Source of the DNA: an uncultured delta proteobacterium
GTDB lineage: Bacteria > Desulfobacterota > Binatia > Bin18
Assembly: GCA_963733195.1 (NCBI GenBank)
Contig: CAVTCR010000053.1
Span: 1 to 64,000, forward strand
DNA length: 64,000 bases
Direction: 5' to 3'
The translations under genes and the position numbers were made by a program. Below are positions 12,047 to 21,725 of this stretch, in pieces; positions within the stretch are counted from its first letter, which is position 1; each line of letters starts with the position of its first letter. The notes under the pieces were generated by a model. That model did no database searches, was not told the DNA's origin, and was given only the letters and a program-made list of their open reading frames with translations.

Positions 12047-12277
12047 GGTCCACCTCCTGAAGGAATTTGTACGGGAATAACTTGGAGAACACGACGCCAA
12101 AAGGAAAGGGCAACGGGCTGGATGAAACTCGTTGATCTTTCAAGTTCCCAGGGGTTTCTTTTCTCAGCTCTGGAAGTTTCTCCTTTTTCTTTCCAATATT
12201 TGGAAAGCACAAACTCGGTTGCTCTTTGTTTGTTCTTTATGTATCATTCTTTAATAATATAATAATATTTACATTTC

Positions 12278-12628
12278 ATGATTAAAAAGCTCCAAACGCA
12301 AGCTGTCACCCTCGAAGCCAAACTCTTTCGCTGGCTTTTCTGACCCTTCTCGCCTTTCCATTCTCGACGCGCTGTGTACGGGGCCACTCACCGTCACAGA
12401 GATTGTGGAGGCAACGGGCCTCAGCCAGCCGAACGCCTCGAACCATCTGCGATGTCTGCGCGAGTGCGGGCTGGGTCTCCACTCAAGAGAACCACTACGT
12501 GCGCTATCAGCTGAGTGATAAACGGGTCACCACGTTACTCCGTCTGGCTGACGAACTGCTGGCCGACGTAGCAAAGGGAGTCTACGAGTGTACCCGCTAC
12601 ACCCGCGCGGACGAGCGCCAGACGATAA
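12278..12628 (+). CDS. ArsR/SmtB metalloregulator, CmtR-like (frameshifted; end approximate)
   Basis: SDPSRLSILDAL..GPLTVTEIVEATGLSQPNASNHLRCLRECGLV...YECTRY. Confidence 0.8.
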
Positions 12629-12734
12629 CGAGACAGCGCAGTGATACACAGCGAACAGCACAGAGCCGACAGCGATATGCTGCTCAGCGTCGCGAGAGCA
12701 CCCTGCAAGCGTTGCCGCCCCAGCGCAAAAGCGA

Positions 12735-12927
12735 GAGGCCGGGATCGAGCCGCCCAAACTGTGGCGGAACTCCAAGGTGCTGACCTCGGCTGCGTCCGGC
12801 GTGCTGTTGCTGGCCGGTTGGCTCATCGGGCTGGCGGGCTCGTTCTCCCTCATCCATCATCTGCGCCAGGGCATAAATTAGCGAGTTTATCGTGATCGGT
12901 AGCGGGCTCCGCATGCGCCGCGCCTAA
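12735..12927 (+). pseudogene. Second internally deleted P1B ATPase relic
   Basis: First TM (PPKLWRNSKVLTSAASGVLLLAGWLIGL) followed closely by the terminal TM (ISEFIVIGSGLRMRRA-stop). Confidence 0.55.
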
Positions 12928-12968
12928 GACGTGAAACACGACACAAACTTTGAGAGGAGGTCCGGGTT

Positions 12969-13472
12969 ATGAGAAAACAAAGATTGGCGCTAGGATTGCG
13001 CTGTGGGTCTGTGGGGTGATGCTGTTGGGAAGAGTGCTTGTGCGAGCCCAAGAGGCGACTGATGGGAAAGAGGGCAAGCCAGACACGAAGCAGTGCTGTG
13101 GAATGATGGAGGGGATGATGGGAGAAGGGAAGATGAAGGGAGAGGGCATGATGGCGCAGAGGCACACCACGCACGACCAGACGGCGAAGATGCGCCAAGA
13201 GATGCTCCGAGAGCAGCAGGAGCAACTGACCGCGCTGCGCAAACACAGCCAGGAGTTGGATCGGCTCACGGATGAAGGGCAAATGATGGAGGCAGTCAAA
13301 AAACAACTCCGGATTACGGATGCACTCTGGAAACGATGGTGGAGCAGCGCGCCACGAAGCAGAGCAAGATGGAAGAGCAGCACCAGCAGATGCAGGGCCA
13401 ACAAAAGGCGCAGCAAAACCAGCCGAGGAGAAAAAACCGAAAGGGCATGAGGAACACCATGGAGGAGAATAA
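12969..13472 (+). CDS. Met-rich secreted helical protein with a CC motif and His-rich tail (frameshifted)
   Basis: GAGAGGAGG RBS, signal peptide, KQCCGMMEGMMGEGKMKGEGMM, tail GHEEHHGGE-TAA(13470-13472). Confidence 0.6.
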
Positions 13473-13475
13473 ACT

Positions 13476-14858
13476 GGGTCTTCCGGAAGTCGTGTGGGTA
13501 ATTTACGTGGTTGAATAGGGCTGTAATCCGCATGGATATTGGCTTTCAAGTATTCCATAGTGCGCTTGGAATTGGCATCATGTGCGCATGGCTACCTCAG
13601 CGAAACGAAAGCGGCGGCTCGTGGATGCGTATGCCTTCCCGGGTTTTCGTCCGCCCCCCACGATACGCGGGATCTTTGGCGATCCGAAGGCGTGCGTTAT
13701 TGATCTTGTCCGGCGTTCAAAAAAACAGCCTGCGGGTGCTGTGGTCGGGTTCACAGGGGTTGGTACGATCGACGCACCCGGCGAGTGCGCGATCTGTCCT
13801 GTGGCGATCGGCGCGTGTACCTTGGAAGTCGAGGTGCGGCGTGTGCAGTGCAAGAGCTGCGGCACGGTGAAGCGCGAGCGGCTCGATTTTCTGGCCGCCA
13901 ACCCGTTCTATACCAAGCGCTTCGCTCACTACGTTGGCAGACGTTGCCGAGCGGCAACGATCAAGGAGATTGCCGAGGAACTGTACCTGGACTGGGACAC
14001 GGTCAAGGCGCTGGAGAAGCAGTACATGGCGGCGCAATTGGCCAAGGCCGGAACGCCAGGGCCGAAAGTGATCGGCATCGACGAGATCTCGATTCGCAAA
14101 GGTCACACCTACCGCATCGTGGTGAGCGATCTGATCCGGGGGCGAGCGATCTGGTTCGGCGGCGAGGATCGTTCGGAAGCGAGCATGGGGCAGTTCTACG
14201 ACTGGCTTGGCAAGAGGAAGGCTGCGGGTATTCGCCTGGCGGTGATGGACATGTGGAAGCCGTTTCGCAACGCGACCACGACATATGCGCCGCAGGCGGC
14301 GATCCTGTTCGACAAGTTTCACATCATGTGTCATCTGGGCGAAGCCCTCGACGAGGTACGCAAGGCCGAGTACCGGCGGCTCAGCGGCAAAGACCGGCGC
14401 TACATCAAGGGACAGAAATATACGCTGCTCTCGCATCGGGAGAATCTCACGAGCGAAGCTCGGCAAAGCTTGAAGGTCCTGCTCGCGGCGAACAAGCGGC
14501 TGAACACCGCCTACTTGCTCAAGGAGTCCTTCGGCCAGCTCTGGGACTACGAGCGCGAGGGCTGGGCGCGGCGCTTCTTCGAGAACTGGCGAGCGAGCCT
14601 GAAATGGCAGCGGCTCAAACCGTACGAGAAGTTCGCCGAGATGATCGACCGTCATTGGGATGGCATCGCCGCTTACTGCCTGCCCGAGAACAAGGTCTCG
14701 CTGGGCTTCGTCGAGGGGCTCAACAACAAGATTCGGGTCATCCAGCGTCGCGCGTACGGTCTGCGCGACGAAGAGTATCTGCGCTTGAAGATCCTCACCT
14801 GTATGCTGCCGCCCCTGTGAAAACATCAAATTTGACCCACTCGTTTTCCTGAAGAGCC
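13476..14858 (+). mobile_element. ISL3-family insertion sequence, complete
   Basis: Left IR GGGTCTTCCGGAAGTCGTGTGGGT versus right IR (revcomp) GGCTCTTCAGGAAAACGAGTGGGT; 8-bp target duplication AATAAACT(13468-75)/AATAAATT(14859-66). Confidence 0.92.
13582..14820 (+). CDS. ISL3 family transposase
   Basis: IGIDEISIRKGHTY, MDMWKPF, FDKFH, EGLNNKIRVIQRRAYG. Confidence 0.93.
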   Translation: MRMATSAKRKRRLVDAYAFPGFRPPPTIRGIFGDPKACVIDLVRRSKKQPAGAVVGFTGVGTIDAPGECAICPVAIGACTLEVEVRRVQCKSCGTVKRERLDFLAANPFYTKRFAHYVGRRCRAATIKEIAEELYLDWDTVKALEKQYMAAQLAKAGTPGPKVIGIDEISIRKGHTYRIVVSDLIRGRAIWFGGEDRSEASMGQFYDWLGKRKAAGIRLAVMDMWKPFRNATTTYAPQAAILFDKFHIMCHLGEALDEVRKAEYRRLSGKDRRYIKGQKYTLLSHRENLTSEARQSLKVLLAANKRLNTAYLLKESFGQLWDYEREGWARRFFENWRASLKWQRLKPYEKFAEMIDRHWDGIAAYCLPENKVSLGFVEGLNNKIRVIQRRAYGLRDEEYLRLKILTCMLPPL

Positions 14859-14952
14859 AATAAATTAGCCGATCCCGCTGCGCTTCCTCGTGTGTTCAAC
14901 ACCCGTGTGACACTGCTCGGCGCAGACAAGGGCAGACGGAAGAGAGAAGACC

Positions 14953-15193
14953 ATGAATGAGCCCTGGATGTGGCATTCTTGGGGGATGGGACTTGGCATG
15001 CTCTTTATGCTGGTGCCCTGGGTCCTCACGATCGTGGCGCTCGTGTTCTTTTTCAAGTGGGTCCTGAATCAACTGAGTGCCCGCCAAGGTGGATCGCTTG
15101 GAGAATCTGCCCTGGACATTCTGAAAAACGCTACGCGCGGGGAGAGATCAACAAAGAAGAGTATGAGGAGAAAAAGAAAAAGACTTGCTCTAG
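14953..15193 (+). CDS. SHOCT-domain small membrane protein (frameshifted; end approximate)
   Basis: WMWHSWGMG TM followed by ESALDILK/KRYARGEINKEEYEE. Confidence 0.75.
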
Positions 15194-15248
15194 CCGAGCT
15201 GTCCCTTCCTTGTTCTGGTGGGAGCCTTTCTGACCGCTTCCTCTGACT

Positions 15249-15348
15249 GGTGAAGAGCAACACCGCACGCGACGGTGGTGCTCGGAGGACCGGTCACGTC
15301 AACAGCGCTCACGCTGCTCGTGTTGCCCACCTTGTATGCGTGGATGGG
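15249..15348 (+). pseudogene. C-terminal relic of a CzcA/CusA permease
   Basis: P(H)ATVVLGG(P)VTSTALTLLVLPTLYAWM resembles the C-terminus of the intact czcA (PLATVVIGGIISSTFLTLVVLPAIYSW). Confidence 0.65.
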
Positions 15349-15392
15349 AAGGCCGGAGAGCCGCCAGCGAAATCAGTAAGGAGCGCTTCAGT

Positions 15393-17304
15393 GTGAAAGC
15401 AGCAAACCACATAGACGGGTTTACAGGTCCCTGGTGGCGCTATCCCAATTTGCGCAATGCCTTGGTAGCGGGAGTACTGGCGGGAGGTAGGATTCCTGCT
15501 GGCTCACCTTGGGCTTATTAGTCACAACATCGAAGTATTCTTTTATTTTGTGGCTATTCCTGTGGGCGGCTATCATTGGGCACGAGAGGCGCTTGAGGGA
15601 CTGTTCGCCGGTGAGATCGGCATTGATGTACTGATGTTGGCCGCCACTGTCGGAATCACCATTCTCGGGTTATGGGATGAGGCTGCGTTTCTGGTTTTCC
15701 TCTACGGAGCGGCTGAGGGATTGGAGGAATATACTTACGCGCATACCCGCTCCGCGATCCGTGCCCTCTTGGACCTGGCGCCGAAAGAAGCCCATGTCCT
15801 ACGAGACGGCCAAGAAATGACGGTGCCTGCCGAAAGCCTTCGTCCTGGAGATGTGTTCCTGGTTCGACCTGGAGAGTCAGTGCCAACTGATGGGGTGATC
15901 CGTTCAGGCACTTCCAGCTTTGATGAATCGCCGGTGACCGGAGAATCCGTTCCCGTTGATAAGGGACCGGGAAGGAAAGTCTTTGCCGGCACCTTCAATC
16001 GCCAGGGGGCAGTAGAAATCGAAGCTACGGCATCATTCGCTGACAACACCCTCGCCAAGATTATCCATCTGGTCGAGGAGGCCCAAGAACAGAAGGGAGC
16101 GGCGCAGCAGTGGATTGAACGCTTTGGCCGTCGCTACAGCCCGGCAGTGTTAGTGACTTCGCTCCTTCTGCTCCTGGTTCCGTGGCTTTTCGGTCTTTCC
16201 GTCGCTGAGTGGGGCATCCGAGCGGTGGTGTTGCGACTTGCCGCGGCACCGTGCGCCTTGGTGATGTCGAACTCCGGTCGCCATGGCCGCAGGTATCGGC
16301 TCTGCGGGGAAGCGAGGCATTCTGATCAAGGGCGGCGCTCATTTAGAGCACCTTGGAACCATCCGCGTGGTCGCCTTTGATAAAACCGGAACGCTCACCC
16401 ATGGAGAACCAGCGGTGACTGATATCAAAACATTCCAGGGAACCGACACCGATGTGCTCGCCGTGGCCGCAGGACTTGAGTACTTCTCGGAACATCCCCT
16501 CGCACGGGCGATTGTCAACCGGGCGCACGCGGATGGCATTTCCCCGAGCGGTGGTCACCGAGTTCGTGGCGCTCACCGGAGCTGGGGCAAAAGCTGTCTT
16601 TCAAGGCGTGCCTTGGTATATAGGTAGTCCTTCTCTCTTTACTGATCTCGGCCTCATGAATGAACGCGTTTCTCCATACATAGAGCAACTGCAAGCCCAG
16701 GGAAAAACTGTCGTGCTCGTCGGAAACCCCTCGGCGATTTACGGCCTGCTGGCTCTGCAGGATCAATGTACTGGCGTGCGAGAAACCATCGCGGGTTGCG
16801 AATGCCGGGGTCCACGTCGTTATGTTAACCGGAGACAATGAACGAACAGGGCGAGCAGTTGGGCACACCCTTGGTATTGAAGATGTCAGGGCAGACTTGA
16901 AGCCAGAGGACAAGGTAAAGGCGGTGAAAAACCTCGAAACGCAGTTCGGAGCAGTCCTCATGGTCGGAGATGGTGTGAATGACGCCCCTGCACTCGCCGC
17001 TGCCACGTGTGGCGTAGCAATGGGCGTCGCTGGGAGCGATGCTGCGATTGAGGCAGCCGATGTCGCTCTCATGGCAGAAGACCTCGGAAAAGTAGAGGAA
17101 GCATTATCCTTGGGCCGCCGCGCACGCACCATCAGCCGTCAGAACATCATCTTTTCGATTCTGATTTTGGTGATCTTAATTCCAACGGCTGTGCTTGGCG
17201 TTTTGAGCGTCGCGGCTGCGGTGTTCACGCATGAGGTTAGCGAACTCTTGGCCGTCGCTAACGGCTTGCGCGTGCGAGGGAGCTTTGCTCACCCCGCACT
17301 ATAG
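15393..17304 (+). CDS. Heavy-metal P1B-type ATPase (frameshifted), P1B-4-like
   Basis: TGES, APC, DKTGTLT, SEHP, GDGVNDAP, HEVS; no N-terminal HMA domain. Confidence 0.9.
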
Positions 17305-17329
17305 AAAACAGCGTGCCCACACCTTGCTG

Positions 17330-17641
17330 CTATTGCTTGGCGCCCATATGTGAGCAACCTGTCGGGTTCATCATACAGCACTGATCGTGCATTCCTTTCC
17401 AGTTCTTCTCCATCTGACCCATGTGCCGCCCCATCATTTCGCGCTTCTCTGCCGGAATATCCGCGCTGCTTTCAATGGTTTTACGCATGGCTGCCATCTC
17501 TTTCTGCATCTCCGCGAGCTGGGCCTGAAGCTGCTCGACCTGCTCTGTCGTGGGCGCCGCCTGCTCAGCCAAGGCCACAAGAGGGAGGCTAAAAATTAAG
17601 GTGGCAACGAGTGCCAGAATTATTGATCGGCTTTGAAACAT
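17330..17641 (-). CDS. Small secreted Met/His/Cys-rich coiled-coil protein
   Basis: GGAGG RBS, signal peptide ending ALA, C-terminal HDQCCMMNPTGCSHM. Confidence 0.75.
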   Translation of the reverse strand: MFQSRSIILALVATLIFSLPLVALAEQAAPTTEQVEQLQAQLAEMQKEMAAMRKTIESSADIPAEKREMMGRHMGQMEKNWKGMHDQCCMMNPTGCSHMGAKQ

Positions 17642-17675
17642 GATATCCCTCCTTCAAGACTATAAGAAATATCCC

Positions 17676-17691
17676 CGCAAAGAGTGTGCCA
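17676..17691 (-). promoter_or_regulatory. sigma54 (-24/-12) promoter
   Basis: Minus strand TGGCAC-ACTCT-TTGCG; upstream palindrome CTTCCCA-aaag-TGGGAAG (17752-17769) as candidate enhancer. Confidence 0.75.
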
Positions 17692-17827
17692 CGAAGGGAG
17701 CAGAGGAAGGTGTATGAAAATCATCGATCTCTCAAGTTCGTGGAGGTTTCTCTTCCCAAAAGTGGGAAGTATTCTCTCTTTTTTTGGCAAAAATGAAAAA
17801 TCCCCCTCCTGACGGAGCGACGCACAG

Positions 17828-18075
17828 CTAGTGTCCGTGCCGATGATGAATGTCCGGATAGCGGGGGTGACAATGATGTAACGCTAGATGGGTATGGAGG
17901 TGACTGTGAAATTCCTCAACCTCGCCATGCGGGTGGTGCGCATCATGGCTATGACCGTGTGCGTGTTCGAATGGTTCGTGCCAGTGTGTATGCTCGTGCC
18001 GTTCCGTAAGATGCAGCCACGCGCCTAGCCCCATCAGTGCAGCAGCGATCAACAACTGGGTCGTCAGAGGATCAC
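17828..18075 (-). pseudogene. C-terminal fragment of an EamA/DMT transporter with His-rich tail
   Basis: LLIAAALMGLGAWLHLTERHEH...HCHPRYPDIHHRHGH; N-terminal TMs missing. Confidence 0.65.
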
Positions 18076-18267
18076 CTATGTACGCTCTCGTCTCACGATG
18101 CTTGTGACTACTTGATAGTGAGAACTTTTTAGAGAAGCCTCTTCATGCTGAAGGCATCTAAAGAGAACAGACAGCAGAGGCCAGAGCACCCGGTCTCCTC
18201 TTCGTGGAGTAAAAGAACACAGGGATTGACGGGAACTCTCGGGTTGCTTAGTAAAGACAAAAGTACG

Positions 18268-18660
18268 ATGAAACGACGTAATCGACATCGCTTGTGGATA
18301 GTGGGTGTAACAATCCTGGCCCTTTGCTCTTTTCTGGCCGGGACCAGCCTTGCCTGCTTCCAAAAAGGTACTGGCACTATCGCAATGGCAGAGGACTGCT
18401 GCCAGAGCCACTGCCAGCATGCGATGACTGGCGAGGCCGCGACTGACTGCTGCCAGAGCCACCACGCACAAGCCTCACAAACATTTCCCTCTTCGTCTCC
18501 AGCAAAGACTTTAATCCTTGCAGCCTCTACTCTATCCGTTGCGCTTATCCCACTTGCAGCGTTGCACATCCCAGATCAGTCTTGGGCACGTCGGTCCGTT
18601 GAAAAGCGCCCCCCTCCGTCTCCTCCCTTCTATACCCTTCACTGTGCTCTGCTGATCTGA
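18268..18660 (+). CDS. Cys/His-rich exported small protein upstream of the cus operon (DUF2946-like position)
   Basis: Signal peptide, DCCQSHCQH..DCCQSHH repeat, C-terminal KRPPPSPP..LHCALLI. Confidence 0.7.
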   Translation: MKRRNRHRLWIVGVTILALCSFLAGTSLACFQKGTGTIAMAEDCCQSHCQHAMTGEAATDCCQSHHAQASQTFPSSSPAKTLILAASTLSVALIPLAALHIPDQSWARRSVEKRPPPSPPFYTLHCALLI

Positions 18661-18800
18661 CCTATCCCTTTGTTGTTCGTTTCTTGATGGCACAGCTGCG
18701 TCTGCGCTCAGACATGCTCGCCACAGAGCGTCTGCTGCGACGAGCAGGAGAGACCCATCCCTCTCCATACTTTGGGCAGTGAGTAGTGGGAGGAACCGAT

Positions 18801-20099
18801 GTGCAAGACAAAATGGCGAAGCGTGTACGTTTTCTCGTGAGCTTCCTTGTGTTTTCTGCGGGATACATGCTCGCTTTTCCTGGGAACGGGCGAGCAGACG
18901 ACCAAGAGGAGGCTTTAGGCGGAGGAGCGTTATTTTTGGAAGAGGTTCTTGCCTACGCCCAAGAACACAACCCCGCTATTGAAGTCGCGCAGAGTCGCTG
19001 GCTGGCGGCGCAGAAAAGGCCTGTCCAGGTCTCAGCTCTTGATGACCCCATGTTCACCTATGAGGGGTTTAATATTCCGGAGAATTTCGACCTTACTCGC
19101 ACCGATAATAACATCCTCAAACTCTCGCAGAAGCTTCCGTTTCCAGGGAAACGTCGGCTACGGGGCGAGCTTGCCAACTATGAGGCTGCAATTGCGCGGG
19201 AGGAGCTGCGGATGGCAGAGGTAACATTACGCGCCGAGGTGAAGAAAGCGTACTACGATCTCTGGCAGGTCCATCAAAATCTCCTCATCTACTCCCGCGA
19301 GAGAGAGCTGGCGGCCCAGTTCGCTATCATTGCTGAGAAGAAATACGCCGTGGGGCAGGTCTCGCAGCCGGACGTCCTCCGCGCACAAGTGGAACTCACC
19401 CGACTTATTACCCGAGTGACGACCGAGACCCTGAAACTCGAAGACGAGAGAGCTTCACTGAATGAGCTTTTAAGTCGTCCTCCAGAGGCTCCGCTCGGAG
19501 TCCCACAAGATGCACCTATATCGACTATGAAACAGACTTTGGCGGAGCTGACCGAGCTGACACTGAAAACTCGACCGGAGATTACGGCAAAGGCTGTGGC
19601 GATCGACCGCGATACCACGGCTCTGGCGCTCGCTCAAAAAGCCTACTTTCCAGACTTTGAAGTCTACGTCGAGCGGTTCTTTAATGCGGGAAGAAGAGAT
19701 GGGGTCGGCGTTGTGTTCTCTGCGACCATTCCTCTTGCCTACCGTGAGAAGTACGATGCCGGAGTAGCTGAGGCTAGGGCGCGCATGAGCGCCAGTAAGG
19801 CAGACTTGCGCGCCGCGCAGGATACCGCACTAGCCGCAGTCAAACGTGCGCTCGTGCGCACACAGATTACCGCCGAGTTGGTCAACCTATTCTCGTACAC
19901 CCATATTCCCCAGGCCGAGCAGGCCCTAGATTCGTCCCGCATCAGCTATCAGACGGGCAAGGTAGACTTTCTCTCGCTGATCGACAGCCTCCGAGTAGTC
20001 GAGCAGGCGCATCTCGAACATATCGCCGCTGCCACGAACTTTGAGAAAGCGTATGCCGACTTGGAGCAGGCAGTGGGACAAGCATTACCGAGGCAATAA
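18801..20099 (+). CDS. TolC-family outer membrane factor, CusC-like
   Basis: Intact ORF; SQKLPFPG, GQVSQPDVLRAQ, YQTGKVDFLSLID. Confidence 0.88.
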   Translation: MQDKMAKRVRFLVSFLVFSAGYMLAFPGNGRADDQEEALGGGALFLEEVLAYAQEHNPAIEVAQSRWLAAQKRPVQVSALDDPMFTYEGFNIPENFDLTRTDNNILKLSQKLPFPGKRRLRGELANYEAAIAREELRMAEVTLRAEVKKAYYDLWQVHQNLLIYSRERELAAQFAIIAEKKYAVGQVSQPDVLRAQVELTRLITRVTTETLKLEDERASLNELLSRPPEAPLGVPQDAPISTMKQTLAELTELTLKTRPEITAKAVAIDRDTTALALAQKAYFPDFEVYVERFFNAGRRDGVGVVFSATIPLAYREKYDAGVAEARARMSASKADLRAAQDTALAAVKRALVRTQITAELVNLFSYTHIPQAEQALDSSRISYQTGKVDFLSLIDSLRVVEQAHLEHIAAATNFEKAYADLEQAVGQALPRQ

Positions 20100-20101
20100 C
20101 G

Positions 20102-21671
20102 ATGCAATCACACAAAGTGTACAGCACGGTCATGTGTATTTCACTGATCGGTATTTTCTCTGGGGTAGTAGCAGCAACTCCGCCTGAGGGTTCAACGCAT
20201 GGCGTGTCCGAAGGCTCAACCCACGACATGCCCATGGGCGGAGACCGTGAGGCTACACCTCAGACTCCTATTCAACTCTCTCCTGTGCAACGACAGATGA
20301 TCGGTGTCACCTACGGGACTGTCGAACGTACAACGCTAAAGAAGATCATCCGTGCCATCGGGCGCGTCGACTTTGATGAACGTCGTCTGACCGATGTGAC
20401 CTTCAAGATCGGCGGTTGGGTGCAGGACCTATTTGTCGATTACACGGGCAGGCGTGTACGCAAAGGTGAGCCCTTGCTTACCTTGTACAGTCCGGATTTG
20501 GTCACTAGCCAGGAAGAGTACCTCCTCGCGCTCCGTACCAGAGACCAACTCGCCCAGAGTTCCCTGCCCGAAGCGCGGAACGGTAGCCAAGGATTGGTCG
20601 AGGCCGCGCGGCGTCGCCTTTTGTTGTGGGACCTCACCACGCAGCAAGATTAAAGCCCTGGAAGAACGCGGTGCGCCACAGACGTATCTGACTCTTTCTG
20701 CTCCAGCCTCGGGAATAGTCGTGGAGAAAATGGCGGTGAAAGGTATGCGGGTGGAACCGGGGATGAAACTTTACCGCATCGCCGATCTCTCCACCGTCTG
20801 GCTGTATGCGGACATCTACGAGTCTGAGGTGCCACTAGTGCGCGAGGGCCAAACAGTCACCATCTCGCTTTCCTATTACCCCGGAGAGAACATTCAGCGG
20901 CACGATTACGTACATCTACCCGTACCTCGATACCCAGACCCGCACCAACAAAGTGCGCTTGGAGTTCGCCAATCCGCAGGGGAAACTCAAGCCTGGCATG
21001 TATGCCAACAGTGAGATTGAGATTAGACCTTGGCACTACCCTCACCGTCCCTGAGAGCGCGGTTTTACAGTCGGGGCTCAGGCAACTTGTCTTTGTCGAT
21101 CAAGGTCAAGGAATGTTTGCCCCGCGCGAGGTGAAGCTCGGTGTCAAGGCCGACTCCCGCTTTGTTGTGCTCGACGGCCTCACTGCGGGTGAACGGGTGG
21201 TCACCAGCGGCAACTTTCTGCTTGACTCCGAGAGCAAGCTGCAATCCGCCACCAGCATGATGGGCATGATGGGCGCGATCGGCATGGGTGACTGGAAAAT
21301 GGAGAGCGCTCGCCCCATGGAGATGGGTGCCCAAACCGCGCAGGCGAAACCGGTCGAGAAGAAAGGTTGGTCCCTAGCCGTGACCGTCTCTACCGCACCT
21401 GATACGGCGAAGCTCGGGGAGAACACCCTGCGCATCCAAGTAAAAGACAGCACTGGCAAGCCGGTCACGGATGCTGCCGTTAGCCTCGAATACACAATGG
21501 ACATGCCCGGCATGCTGATCGACAAAGCCGACAGCCAAACACACGGGAGAGGGTGTCTACGAAGCGCCGGTGCGCTTCACTATGGCTGGGCCGTGGGGAG
21601 TAACCGTGAGTATCCAGCGTCCCAGACAAGGGGAGGTGCGAGAGAGGTTCACCGTGAGTGTAGAGAAATAG
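20102..21671 (+). CDS. cusB: CusB-like adaptor with Met-rich linker and C-terminal YtkA/FixH-like domain (frameshifted)
   Basis: LYSPDLVTSQEEYL, IADLSTVW, LKPGMYA, VTSGNFLLDSES, YTMDMPGM. Confidence 0.82.
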
Positions 21672-21725
21672 CGTAGCGAACGCACCATCTGCCATCAAGC
21701 GAACGTAGCGAGCGAGCTATCTGCC

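Noticed and set aside
13717-14852. Long overlapping alternative ORFs (370 aa minus strand, 355 aa plus strand) in ISL3
   Set aside because: These are shadow ORFs of a GC-rich transposase; only the first codons of the plus-strand one belong to the true zinc-finger region.
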